In this document: in pieces, positions 18,740 through 29,112 of the stretch
Position numbering within the stretch: position 1 is the first letter of the stretch
Layout of the letters: each line of letters begins with the position of its first letter
Source of the DNA: Polyangiales bacterium
GTDB taxonomy: Bacteria; Myxococcota_A; Polyangia; Polyangiales; JADJQN01
Length of the DNA: 64,000 nucleotides
Direction: 5' to 3'
Assembly (NCBI GenBank): GCA_964202905.1
Contig: CAXNJO010000006.1
Location: 331,406 to 395,405, forward strand
Position numbers and translations under genes: made by a program
Notes under the pieces: generated by a model
The model's database searches: none
Told to the model about the DNA's origin: nothing
Seen by the model: only the letters and a program-made list of their open reading frames with translations

Positions 18740-20607
18740 GGGGGCGCTGCCGCCTCGTGCGCGCGCACCCAGGCCGCGAAGCGCTCGGCCGCCGCCATGA
18801 AGCCGCCGTCCGCGTCGTCGCACACGGTCTCGGCGCCGTGGATGACGCGCACGTGCGCGTCGAGCGCGATGGGCCCCGTGAACGCGGGCCGCGCGCGCTG
18901 CGCGTCCACCGCGGCGCGGGCCTCGGCGAGCGCGTCGTCGACCGAGCGGTTGCACGCGGCCACGAGCGCGTCCGCCGAGAGCGGGCTCCCCGTCAGCGCG
19001 CGCAGCGTCTCGTCGAAGGTCGCCGCGTTGCCGGGCGCCCAGTAGGCGCGGGCGAGGTCGGGGCCGATGCGCGGGTTGTCGGTGAGGTGGCCGTCGCGGG
19101 CGAGGAAGAACGCGCGCGTCTGGTACACGGCCATCTCGGCGAGCACGTAGCCGTGGTAGTAGGCGCTCGACTCGCCCGAGAGCAGGTGCGGCACCGCGAG
19201 CACGGGCCGCACGCCCGCCTCGAGGCCCTGCAGGTCCTGCTCGGTGCGGCGCACGGTCGCGAGCACGCGCTCGGGCGTGAGCTCGGCGTCCGGGAGCTCG
19301 TAGATCGCGCGCTCCGCGAAGGGCACCGTCATCAGCATGCGGACGTCCCAGCCCCGCAGCGGCTGCGACTCGCGCACGCCGGCTTCGATGAGCGAGAGCG
19401 GCATCGGCCGCCCTGCGGCGTCGCGCGCGTAGCGGACGCGCCAGTCGGCGTCGCCGAGCAGCGAGTCCATGAACATCGACTGGGTCTCGGCGTACGCGAC
19501 GCTCGTCGGCGCGAATTCCTGCGAAAAACAGGGCGCATCGGAGAGGATGTTCGAGAAGTGCGCGGCGTGACCACCCTCATGGAAGAGGGTCTCGGTGGCG
19601 CGGAGGCCCGAGCCGATCGCGGCGGGCACCGCGTTCGCCGTGAAGTTGATGCGCGCCGGGCGCCAGGTGCCGTCCTCGAAGAAGGCCGGCCCCGGCCCGT
19701 GCATGAAGCCGTTCTCGTACTTGCCCGCGCGATCGAGCAGATCGAGCGTGAGCGTCGCGCCGCGGTACGACACGCTGAGCGCCGCGAACGAGCGCCCCCA
19801 GCGCGCGAGCGAGTCGTCGAAGCGGAAGTACGGATCGAGCTCGCGGGAGAGGTCGCCGGCGCGCAGGAAGCCGAAGTTCCAGGGGGCGAGCGCGCTCGAG
19901 GTCCTGCCCGCGTGCGTCTCGGCGAAGCCCGCGAGCGCGGCGCGCGTGCCCGCGGCGGTGCGCGCGGCGAGGTCGCCGAGGACGCGGAAGAGGTCGCGCT
20001 TGCGCAGCCGCTCGACGACGCTCGTGCGCCAGTCGTAGTAGTCCTCGTAGCCGAGCATGCGGCCGAGGGCGTTGCGCATCCGTACGACCTCGAGAAAACC
20101 GTGCTCGAGCACGAAGGTCTCGACGGAGCGCAGGCCCTCGAAGGCCGCGCGGCGCCGCGCTTCGTCCGGGTCGGTGCGCATCATCAGCGCGAGCTTGTTG
20201 CTGCCCGCGGGGACGAGCGCGCCCGTCGCCGGGTCGACGTAGCCGAGCCGCATCGCGCCCCGCGCCCGGGCGAGCGCGGCCTCCGCCTCGACGATGCGCT
20301 CCGAGAGCGCGCGCGCGGCCGGATCTTCGATGGTGTGCGCGGCAAAGAGCGCGATCCAACCGCGCAGCGTGCGGCCCTCGGGCGAGTCGGGCGGCGCGTC
20401 CGGCTCGAGCGCGCGGAGCCGCGTGAGCGTCGCCGGGTCCTGGAGGAAGCGGTTGAGCGCGATCTCCGCGTCCGCGGCCGTGCGGCTGACGGCGTCCGCG
20501 TCGGGCGCGAGGCCCATCTTGGCGCTCCAGAAGAGGTCTTCCTTGGCTTCGTGGAGCGCGAGGTAGCGGTCGCGCAGATCGCGCAGGACGGGGGCGAGCG
20601 TCGTCAT
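18736..20607 (-). CDS. M3 family metallopeptidase
   Basis: DLLDRAGKYENG, HEGGHAAH (HExxH), AETQSM, YYHGY; ATGA overlap with patatin. Confidence 0.85.
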   Translation of the reverse strand: MTTLAPVLRDLRDRYLALHEAKEDLFWSAKMGLAPDADAVSRTAADAEIALNRFLQDPATLTRLRALEPDAPPDSPEGRTLRGWIALFAAHTIEDPAARALSERIVEAEAALARARGAMRLGYVDPATGALVPAGSNKLALMMRTDPDEARRRAAFEGLRSVETFVLEHGFLEVVRMRNALGRMLGYEDYYDWRTSVVERLRKRDLFRVLGDLAARTAAGTRAALAGFAETHAGRTSSALAPWNFGFLRAGDLSRELDPYFRFDDSLARWGRSFAALSVSYRGATLTLDLLDRAGKYENGFMHGPGPAFFEDGTWRPARINFTANAVPAAIGSGLRATETLFHEGGHAAHFSNILSDAPCFSQEFAPTSVAYAETQSMFMDSLLGDADWRVRYARDAAGRPMPLSLIEAGVRESQPLRGWDVRMLMTVPFAERAIYELPDAELTPERVLATVRRTEQDLQGLEAGVRPVLAVPHLLSGESSAYYHGYVLAEMAVYQTRAFFLARDGHLTDNPRIGPDLARAYWAPGNAATFDETLRALTGSPLSADALVAACNRSVDDALAEARAAVDAQRARPAFTGPIALDAHVRVIHGAETVCDDADGGFMAAAERFAAWVRAHEAAAPP

Positions 20608-20709
20608 CCCCGCGACGTTACGCCCGTTGCCCGCGAAAGGCTCGCTTGCGGCGGGGGCCCATTGCTGCATTCTGGTCGCTCGTTCTCCAGCGTCGGGGGC
20701 CTCGACACG

Positions 20710-21861
20710 ATGGGCAGCCACTCCACCTCGCGACGCCGCGCGGCGCTCTCGCCCGCGTGCCTGCTTCTGTCGGCGCTGCTCGCGGCATGCAACGTCTACG
20801 ACCCGTCGCTCGTCGTTCGGGACGCGGGCGCGCCCGACATCCCGCGCCCGCTCGACCTCGGGCGCCGCGACCTCGCGAAGCCGCCGCCGCGGCCCGCCGG
20901 CGCGGACTCTGGCGACATGGAGCTGCTCTTCGCGCTGAAGGATGTCCGGCTCGATCAGGGCTCGTCGGGCTGGTCGGGCATCGGCTTCGACCTCGACGAT
21001 CGCTTCACGACCGTCGACGACCTCGACGTCGAGTGCAGCCCGCCGTCGCCCGGCGCCGAGCCCGAGCTCGACGGAGACGAGGGCATCGACAACGCCTTCG
21101 GCCACATCCTCTACCCGCTCATCGACGCCGTGCTGCCGACGCTCGAGACCGAGTTCCGCGCCTCGCAGACGGCCGGCCGCGGCACGCTCGTCGCGCGGAT
21201 CACCGGCTGGAACGGCCTCGACGACGACCCGCGCGTGAACGTCGTCATCGCGCAGTCGGCCCTCGGGACGTCGGCCGCGGCCGCCGACGTCGACCCGGCG
21301 ACGGGGCGGCTGCGTGCGGGGGGGGCCGCGCCGCCGCCGCTCTGGGCGGGCAACGACACGTTCTTCGTGCGCGAGGACGCGTTCGTCGGGGGCAACGAGG
21401 CGCGGCCGCGCATCGAGGACTCGAACGCGTACATCGCGGACCGGCAGGTCGTGCTCACGCTCCCTGCGGGCACGGAGATCCTGTTCCTCGCGAGCGCGCG
21501 CTCGGTGAAGGTGAGCTTCACGGCGGCGACCGTGGTGGGCACGCTGAGCCCCGACGCACGTCGCCTCGAGCGCGTGACGGTCGCGGGGCGCTGGGCCTCC
21601 TCCGCGCTGCTCGAGGCCTCGGGGCCGGTCGGCATCTGCAGCGGCTCCGGGACCTGGGACATCCTCGCGAACGCGCTCGATCAGCGCGCCGACGTGCGCG
21701 CCGTCCCCGGCTCGGGCGGCGCGGGCGCGGACTGCGACGCGATCAGCCTCGGCGTCACCTTCGAGGGCTACCGCGGGCTCTGGGGCGGGCTCGCGCCGGC
21801 ACCGGCCCCGCCGGACTGCTGCGCGGGCGTCCCCGGCGACGCGATGTGTCCGCCTCGCTAG
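20710..21861 (+). CDS. Hypothetical lipoprotein
   Basis: Lipobox LAAC; GFDLD...GIDN and CDAISLG motifs of the type seen in myxobacterial lipoproteins. Confidence 0.75.
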   Translation: MGSHSTSRRRAALSPACLLLSALLAACNVYDPSLVVRDAGAPDIPRPLDLGRRDLAKPPPRPAGADSGDMELLFALKDVRLDQGSSGWSGIGFDLDDRFTTVDDLDVECSPPSPGAEPELDGDEGIDNAFGHILYPLIDAVLPTLETEFRASQTAGRGTLVARITGWNGLDDDPRVNVVIAQSALGTSAAAADVDPATGRLRAGGAAPPPLWAGNDTFFVREDAFVGGNEARPRIEDSNAYIADRQVVLTLPAGTEILFLASARSVKVSFTAATVVGTLSPDARRLERVTVAGRWASSALLEASGPVGICSGSGTWDILANALDQRADVRAVPGSGGAGADCDAISLGVTFEGYRGLWGGLAPAPAPPDCCAGVPGDAMCPPR

Positions 21862-21940
21862 CCGGTCCGCGCGCCTCGGCCTGACGCGCGGCGAGTCGCC
21901 ACGTTCAACCCGCGGCGCGTCGCCGGCATACTCGGACCGC

Positions 21941-24900
21941 ATGCCCGTGTCCCGCGGTCCCGTGTGCGTTCGCGTTGCGTCCTCTCTCCTCGTGGCCGCG
22001 GCCGCGTCGCTGCTCGGCGCGCGCCCGGCACACGCCGTCGATCCGCATCGAAGTTTCGAGCGGCTCGTCACCGGCAACGGCTTCACGGTCGCGAGCTTCG
22101 ACGCCGCGCGACGCCGCATCGACAGCTTCCTCGAGCACCCGTACCGCTTCAACGCGCCGCGCGGTCCCGCGCCCGGCTTCTGCTACGCCGCCGACGAGTC
22201 GCGCGATCTCGCGTACGACGTCTACTTCGGCGTGCGCTCGGGTGTTGCGAGCGCGGTGCGCGGCGAGTGGCTGCCCGAGCTTCCGCTCGACGACGCGGCG
22301 TTGGATCCCGGCACGGGCATCATCGTCGCAGAGCAGCACGCGGGCGCAGGTCGCACCCTCCGCACCGTCACGCACGCGTTCGCGCCGATGGGCTACGAGG
22401 GCCCCGCGCTCGTCTTCGCGCTGTCGCTCACGAACGAGAGCGATGCGCCCGTGACGGCCAGCCCGTACGCGCTGCTCAACTTCCATCTCGGCGACGCCGC
22501 AGGGAGGCACGAGCCCTCGGCGCTCGCCGAACAGGTCGCGTGGGATGCGGCGCGGGGCGCGTTCTACGAGTACGCCGACGCGAGTCGCGGGACGATGGCG
22601 TACGTGCCGCTCGTGCCGCTCGCGGCCGTCACGGTGTCGTCCGGCGAGTCGGGCGTGTATCGCGCGCTCTCCGCGGGCCGCACGCTCGACGATGTCCGCG
22701 CGACGACCGCGCCGACCGACGATGTGGTGCCGGGGATGCAGGGCGAAGAGGTCACGCTCGCGCCGGGCGCCTCGGCGTGGATGGCGTTCGCCGTCGTGTG
22801 GGCGCTCGACGAGGATGCAGGCCCCGACATCGACGCGCTGCGCGCGTGGGCGGACGGAGTCGACCCTGCGGCGCTCGTGGATCGGGAACGCGCGGAGTGG
22901 GCTGCGTGGCACGCGCGGGGCACCCTCGCGCCGGAGTTCCGCGACGACGCCGCGATGATCCGCATGGGGCAGGTGCGCGAGCCGGGACCGGGGCACGGGC
23001 AGATCCTCGCGAGCCTCCCGCCTGGGCTCGGCAACCTCGACGCCCAGTGGAACATCGCGTGGGTGCGCGACATGGCGTACGCGACCGCGGGCCTCGCGCG
23101 TGGCGGGCACCTCGACGAGGCGCGTGACGCGCTGCGCTTCCAGCTCGAGGCGCCGCGCGGCGAGCACGTCGACAAGGTCGGCCGCCCCTATCGCATCTCG
23201 ATCACGCGCTACTTCGGCAACGGCGCCGAGGAGAGCGACTGCAACGCGGATGGGCCGAACATCGAGTTCGACGGCTTCGGTCTCTTTCTCTGGTCGCTCG
23301 GCGAATACGTGCGCGCGGGCGGAAGCATCGAGGATGTGCGGCCCTACTGGCCCGTGATCCGCGACGAGATCGCAGACGTGCTCGTGTCGCTCATCGGGAG
23401 CGACGGCGTGATCCTGCCGGACTCGTCGATCTGGGAGGTCCACTGGAACGGCCGCCAGCGCCGCTTCACGTACACCTCGCTCGCCGCCGCGCGCGGGCTC
23501 TGCGACGCAGCGTCGATCGCGACGGCGCTCGGCGAGTCGGCCGATGCGGCGCGCTACGCGACGGCTGGCGCGGGCGTGCGCGACGCGGTGGTACGGAATC
23601 ATACCGACGCGCGCGGCGTGCTCGCGCAGAGCGCCGAGGACCTCGCCGCAGGCCGCGGCTACATGGACGCGGCGGCGATCGAGGCGCTCAACTGGGGCAT
23701 CGTCGACCCGGCGGGACGCGTCGCGCGGGCGACCGTCCGAGCGCTCCACGAGAACCTCACGGTGCCGCACGGGCGCGGCCTCATGCGCAACGACGACGGC
23801 GGCTGGTACGACTCGCAGGAGTGGGTCTTCGTCGACCTGCGCCTCGCCGCCGCGACGCGCGGCTCGCCCGAGTCGGAGGCGCTGCTCGCCTGGATCGACG
23901 CGCAGGCCGCGCGCAACCGCGGGAACATCAGCGAGCTGCACGAGGCGACGACGGCGGACTACCGCGGCTCGGTGCCGATGGTCGGTTTCGGCGCGGGCGC
24001 GCGCATCCTCGCGGCGCTCGACCTGCCGATCGAGCCCGCCTGCGGGGCCTTCGCGCCGGAGCCTCCCGCCCCCGAGCCCACCGACGCCGGGCCGCCGCGC
24101 GATCCGATCGACGCGGGCGTCGCGGACGCAGGCGCAGGGCGCACCGACGCCGGCGTCGCGGGCTGCGTCGGGAGCGCGTGCGGCGGCGCCGCGGAGGGCT
24201 GCGGCTGCAGCGTGCCCGGTGCGCCCGCGGGGCGTCACGGCGCGGGTCTCGCGCTCGCGTTCGTCGCGGTGCTCCTCGGTGCGTGGCGTCGCCGCCCGCG
24301 TCGTCGCGCCGGGGCCGCGCGCGCGGTCGGCCTCACGGCGTGCGTCGCCGCGCTCGCCACCGCGCTCGGCGCCTCGGGCTGCGGCGACGACGCCCCGACC
24401 CGTGATGGACGCGGTCTCGATGGCGGCGCGCTCGATGGCCGCGTGCCCGACGCGGGCTCCCTCGACGCCGGCCCGGGCGCGCTGCGCTGCGAGGTCGAGA
24501 TCACCTACCGCGCGAGCGACGGCGCCCCGCGCGTCTTCGTCGCGGGCACGTTCAACTTGTTTTCGACGAGCAGCGATGCCCTCTTCGACGATGGTATGGG
24601 GACCTATCGCCGCACGCTGCTGCTGCCCCCCGGGCTCTACGCCTACAAGTTCTACGTCGAGGGCGATGGCCGCGAACCGTGGCGCCTCGACCCGGCGAAT
24701 CCCTACCGCGTGTTCGAGGGCGGCCTCGAGAACTCCGGTCTGCGCGTCCCCGATTGCGTGCGCCCGGCGCTCCGCGTGATCCGCGCCGGGGCCACGCGCG
24801 CAACGGCCGGGGCGGGCACGCTCGAGGCCACGCTCACCTACGACGCGCGACGCGCGGGGCCGCTCGCCTCCGCGCGCGGCGAGCTGCGCGTCGGCGCTGC

Positions 24901-26584
24901 CTGGCGCCCGCTCACGTCGTCCGAGCTCACCATCGTGGGCGATGGTGTGTCCGTGCGCGTCACCGGCCTCGCCGACGGCAAGTACACCGCGCGCGTGTTC
25001 GCGGCCGACGCGGCGGGCGCGGAGAGCGAGAGCGCGCTCGTGCCCGTGTGGGTCGAGGCGCAGCGCTTCGCGTGGGATGGCGCGCTGCTCTACATGATCA
25101 TGGCGGACCGCTACCGGAACGGAGACCCGACCAACGACGCGCCGCCCGGCGACGCCAGCACCGGCGGGGGCTGGTCGGGCGGCGATCTGCAGGGGATCAC
25201 CGACGCGCTCGAGGACGGCTCGATCACGGACCTCGGCGCGGGCGCCCTGTGGATCACGCCCTTCAACACGAACCCCGAGGGCACCTTCGTCGCGGCCGAC
25301 GACGTGCACCGCGTCGCGGGTTACCACGGTTATTGGCCCGTCTCGCCGCGTGACGTGGACCCGCGCCTCGGCGGCCCCGAGGCGCTCCGCGCGATGATCG
25401 CGGCCGCGCACGCGCGCGGCGTCCGCGTGCTCATGGACTTCGTCGTCAACCACGTCCACGAGCAGCATCCCTACGTCGCCGCGCACCCCGAGTGGTTCAG
25501 CGACGGCTGCGTCTGCGGCACGTCCGGCTGCGACTGGACGGAGCGCCGCCTCGACTGCCTCTTCCGCCCGTACATGCCCGACGTCGACTGGAAGGTCGCC
25601 GCGGCGCAGGAGCAGTTCCTCGCCGACGCGCTCGCGTGGATGGAGGACTATGACCTCGACGGCCTCCGCGTCGACGCGGTCAAGCACGTCGACGAGGCCG
25701 CCGTCACGAACCTCGCCGTGCGCGTGCGCGAGCGCTTCGAGACGGGCGGCACGCGCGTCTTCCTGATGGGCGAGACGGCGATGGGCTGGGACGCGAGCGC
25801 CGGCCCCACCGAGGGCGGGAACATCGAGAATTACGACACGATCAGCCGCTACATCGGGCCGAACGCGCTCGACGGACAGTTCGATTTCCCGCTCTATTAC
25901 GCGGGCGCGCTGCAGTTCCTCCGCGACGAGCCCGGCCGCGGCATGCAGCACATCGACTACTGGACCCGCGCGAGCGCGTCGCGCTACCCGACCGGCGCGG
26001 TCATGACGCCGTACCTCGGCTCGCACGACACCTCGCGCTTCCTCTCGCTGCAGTCGGACCCTGCGCGCGCGAACAACCAGTGGAGCGACCCGCCCGCGAC
26101 GCCGACGTCGAGCGAGCCGTACGACCGCATGTACGTCGCCTTCGGCTGGCTGATGTCGCTGCCCGGCGCGCCGCTGCTCTACCAGGGCGACGAGTACGGC
26201 GAGACGGGCGGCGCCGATCCGGACAACCGCCGCCCGCTGCGGATCGGCCCGGCGCTCACCGCGCAGGAGCGTGCGCAGCGCGTGCGCGTGTCGGCGCTCG
26301 GTCGCGCGCGGGCGGCATTGCCCGGCCTGCGGAGCCGCGCCTACCGGCCGCTGCTCGTGACGGACGACGTGTGGATCGTCGCGCGTGGCGAGGGCGCGGA
26401 TCTCGTCGTCGTCGCGCTGAACCGCGGCGCGGGCGCGCAGACCGTGACGGTGCCCATCCCGCGCGAGCTCGCCGCGGAGGACCGCGTCTTCACCGATGCG
26501 CTCGCGCCCGCGACGTCGCTGCCGGTGCGCCGCGCGGCGCTCACCGTCGCGCTGCCCGCGCGCAGCGTCCGCTACCTGCGCTGA
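21941..26584 (+). CDS. GH15 glucoamylase-like + internal MYXO-CTERM/lipoprotein signal + CBM48-like + GH13 alpha-amylase fusion
   Basis: GH15: IAWVRD, SIWEVH. GH13: GYHGYW, VNH, GLRVDAVKH, GE, GSHD. CBM48-like: FVAGTFN...YAYKF...DPANP. Confidence 0.88.
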   Translation: MPVSRGPVCVRVASSLLVAAAASLLGARPAHAVDPHRSFERLVTGNGFTVASFDAARRRIDSFLEHPYRFNAPRGPAPGFCYAADESRDLAYDVYFGVRSGVASAVRGEWLPELPLDDAALDPGTGIIVAEQHAGAGRTLRTVTHAFAPMGYEGPALVFALSLTNESDAPVTASPYALLNFHLGDAAGRHEPSALAEQVAWDAARGAFYEYADASRGTMAYVPLVPLAAVTVSSGESGVYRALSAGRTLDDVRATTAPTDDVVPGMQGEEVTLAPGASAWMAFAVVWALDEDAGPDIDALRAWADGVDPAALVDRERAEWAAWHARGTLAPEFRDDAAMIRMGQVREPGPGHGQILASLPPGLGNLDAQWNIAWVRDMAYATAGLARGGHLDEARDALRFQLEAPRGEHVDKVGRPYRISITRYFGNGAEESDCNADGPNIEFDGFGLFLWSLGEYVRAGGSIEDVRPYWPVIRDEIADVLVSLIGSDGVILPDSSIWEVHWNGRQRRFTYTSLAAARGLCDAASIATALGESADAARYATAGAGVRDAVVRNHTDARGVLAQSAEDLAAGRGYMDAAAIEALNWGIVDPAGRVARATVRALHENLTVPHGRGLMRNDDGGWYDSQEWVFVDLRLAAATRGSPESEALLAWIDAQAARNRGNISELHEATTADYRGSVPMVGFGAGARILAALDLPIEPACGAFAPEPPAPEPTDAGPPRDPIDAGVADAGAGRTDAGVAGCVGSACGGAAEGCGCSVPGAPAGRHGAGLALAFVAVLLGAWRRRPRRRAGAARAVGLTACVAALATALGASGCGDDAPTRDGRGLDGGALDGRVPDAGSLDAGPGALRCEVEITYRASDGAPRVFVAGTFNLFSTSSDALFDDGMGTYRRTLLLPPGLYAYKFYVEGDGREPWRLDPANPYRVFEGGLENSGLRVPDCVRPALRVIRAGATRATAGAGTLEATLTYDARRAGPLASARGELRVGAAWRPLTSSELTIVGDGVSVRVTGLADGKYTARVFAADAAGAESESALVPVWVEAQRFAWDGALLYMIMADRYRNGDPTNDAPPGDASTGGGWSGGDLQGITDALEDGSITDLGAGALWITPFNTNPEGTFVAADDVHRVAGYHGYWPVSPRDVDPRLGGPEALRAMIAAAHARGVRVLMDFVVNHVHEQHPYVAAHPEWFSDGCVCGTSGCDWTERRLDCLFRPYMPDVDWKVAAAQEQFLADALAWMEDYDLDGLRVDAVKHVDEAAVTNLAVRVRERFETGGTRVFLMGETAMGWDASAGPTEGGNIENYDTISRYIGPNALDGQFDFPLYYAGALQFLRDEPGRGMQHIDYWTRASASRYPTGAVMTPYLGSHDTSRFLSLQSDPARANNQWSDPPATPTSSEPYDRMYVAFGWLMSLPGAPLLYQGDEYGETGGADPDNRRPLRIGPALTAQERAQRVRVSALGRARAALPGLRSRAYRPLLVTDDVWIVARGEGADLVVVALNRGAGAQTVTVPIPRELAAEDRVFTDALAPATSLPVRRAALTVALPARSVRYLR

Positions 26585-26686
26585 ACGCCGCCGGGCCCGC
26601 GCCTCACCGGGGCCCTCGTCCCTGGGCCGAATGGCCCGCACCACACGGCTTGGCGCGTGGTGGTGCGCGCGTTACCGTCACGCCCC

Positions 26687-28977
26687 ATGACGCGACCCAC
26701 CCCCTCTCGCGCCGCCGCTGCGGCCCTCTTGCTTTCCACCGCGCTCGGCGCCTGCGGCGACGACGGCGCGACGCCGACGCGCACCGACGCAGGACGCGCC
26801 GACGCCGGCCCCGCGGACCTCGGCGCCGACGATCTCGGCGCCGACGATCTCGGCCCCGACGATCTCGGCCCTGGCGATGCAGGCGACGTCGACGCGGCGG
26901 TCGCCCGCGTGGTCTCGGTGTTCGACGTGCAGGACGTCGGGCGCGCCACGTACGCGCCGCCGGGCACGCTCGTGCGGCTCGAGGGCGTGCGCGTCACGGC
27001 CGTCGACGCGCTGCGCGAGGCGGGACTCGGCGGCGTCGGCGACGTGTGGATCCAGGACCCGGCCGCGGGGCTCTACTCGGGCGTGCAGGTCTATCAACCC
27101 ACGCTCGTCCCCTGCGCGGGCGCGGCGTCCGTGGCGCGTGGCGACGTCGTCTCCGTCGAGGGCTTCACGGCCGAGTTCGCCGTGCCGAGCGACACGAGCG
27201 GCGAGACGGTGACCGAGCTCGTCGGCGCGCTCGTCACGTGCACCACGCCCGCCGGAACCGCGGGCGCGCTCCCCGCCGACGCGGTGCTCGCGTCGCCGGG
27301 CTTCCTCGGGACACCCGCGACCGCCGAGCCCTACGAGGGCGTCCCCGTCGTGCTCACGGGCGTCGACGCGCTCGCGCTGCCCGACATGTTCGGCGCGTTC
27401 CCGGTCACGGGCGAGGTGCTCGTGGACGACGCGCTCTACGCGCACCCCGTCTCGCGGCGCGACCGCTTCCTGCGCCTCGCCGGGCTCGTGCACTACACGT
27501 TCGGCGCGGTGCGCCTGTTCCCGCGTGACGCAGCCGACATCCTGCTCGACGCGCCGCGCCCGCTCGAAGATCTCGGCGGCGCGTGGGCCTGCGCGGACCG
27601 CGCGGACTCGGACGGCGACACGCTCGTCGACTGCGCCGACCCCGACTGCTCGCGCTCCGCGTTCTGCGTCGCCTCGCCCACGCGCCTGCGCGTGCAGGAC
27701 GTGCAGGACCCGGCGGCCGCGCTGCATCCCGCGATCGGCGCGCGCGTCGTCCTCGAGGGGCCGCTCGTCGTGACGGCGATCGACGCCTTCGCCGAGGCGG
27801 GCGGGACCGGCAGCGTCGGCAGCGTCTACGTGCAGGACGTCGCGGCCGCGTCGCCCGCGTTTTCGGGCGTGATGGTCTTCCTGCCGACGAGCATCGGCTG
27901 CGACGAGCGCCCGCTCGCGGTCGGCGATCAGGTCTTCGTCGCCGGCCGCTACGAGGAGTACGCGGGCGACCCGCCGGACACCTCGGTGGGCACGCTCACG
28001 GAGATCGTCGGCGGCACCGTCGCGTGCGTCTCCGCGGGTCCCGTCCCTGCGCCCGTGCTCGTCGCCGACCCCGCCATTCTCGCGGGAAACACGCCGCGCG
28101 AGGCGGGGACGGGCGAGCCCTACGAGGGCGTGCTCGTCGAGCTGCGCGGCCTCGACGTGACCTCCGCGCCGGGGCCGTTCGGCGAGTGGCGCGTGCAGAG
28201 CGTGCTCCGCGTCGACGACGACCTCCACGCCGCGACGCCCGCGCCCGCCTCGGGGGAGCGCATCGGCTCCCTCGTCGGCGTGCGTCTCCTCGGCGAACGG
28301 CAACTACCAGCTCGAGCCCCGCAGCGCGGCCGACGTCGTGCGCGTCCCGCGTGAGACCACCGCGACGCTCTGCGGCAACGGCGTCGACGACGACGTGGAC
28401 GGCCTCGCCGACTGCGCCGATCTCGACTGCTGCGGCGTGCCCGCGTGCTCCGGCGACCTCGTCCTCTCCGAGGTCGCTTACGACGCGGTCGGGCGCCGAC
28501 GACGGCAACGAGTGGATCGAGGTGTTCAACCCGGGGCCCGGGGCCGCGCAGCTCGGCTGCTTCCTCGTCGGCAGCGGCGCGACCTCGTGGGGCGCGTCGA
28601 CGCCGAACCTCCCCGCGCGCACCGTCGCCCCCGGCGAGTGCCTCGTCGTCGGCGGTCCCACCACGTGCGGCACGGGCACCTGCGGGGTCGCCATCGACTT
28701 CGCGCCCGACCTGCCCAACACGTCCTCCGCGGCGGTCCCGGGCGTCGGCCTCTTCCGCGGCGCGACCGTCGGCGCGATGAGCGTCCCGGTCGACGCGGTC
28801 ACCTACGGCGCCGGCACGCCGCTGCTCGTGTCGCCCTCGGGCACCGTGTTCGCCGCCGCGAGCGTGGGTGCGGCCGTCGCGCCCCGCTCGGTCGAGCGTT
28901 TCGGCGCGCCTGCGGCGGCGACCTGGCGCGTGCAGACGACGCCCACCCCCGGCGTCTGCGCCGCGATCACGCCCTGA
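26687..28977 (+). pseudogene. Large lipoprotein with two OB-fold-like repeats and C-terminal lamin-tail-like domain; two frameshifts
   Basis: Lipobox LGAC; duplicated EPYEGV...VDD module; coding continues across shifts near 28285 (GNYQLEPRSAAD) and 28492 (LSEVAYD...DDGNEWIEVFN). May be assembly error. Confidence 0.7.
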
Positions 28978-29112
28978 TCGGCGCCCCGCCTCGCCGCGCG
29001 TTTCGGGCCGGTTTCCACGACGAAACGCGCAGCGCGCCGCTTCGGTAACTTCGCGCGCAGGGCCCGCGCGGACCTCGACGCGGTGCGTCGTGGCGCGGCA
29101 CAACGCCTGCCC

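Noticed and set aside
26810..26875. 15-bp tandem repeat
   Set aside because: Ordinary in-frame (D)DLG(A/P) linker typical of these lipoproteins.
29096..29110. Sigma54 promoter for amtB (CGGCACAACGCCTGC)
   Set aside because: GG-N10-GC spacing fits, but the implied transcription start lies downstream of the likely ATG at 29113.
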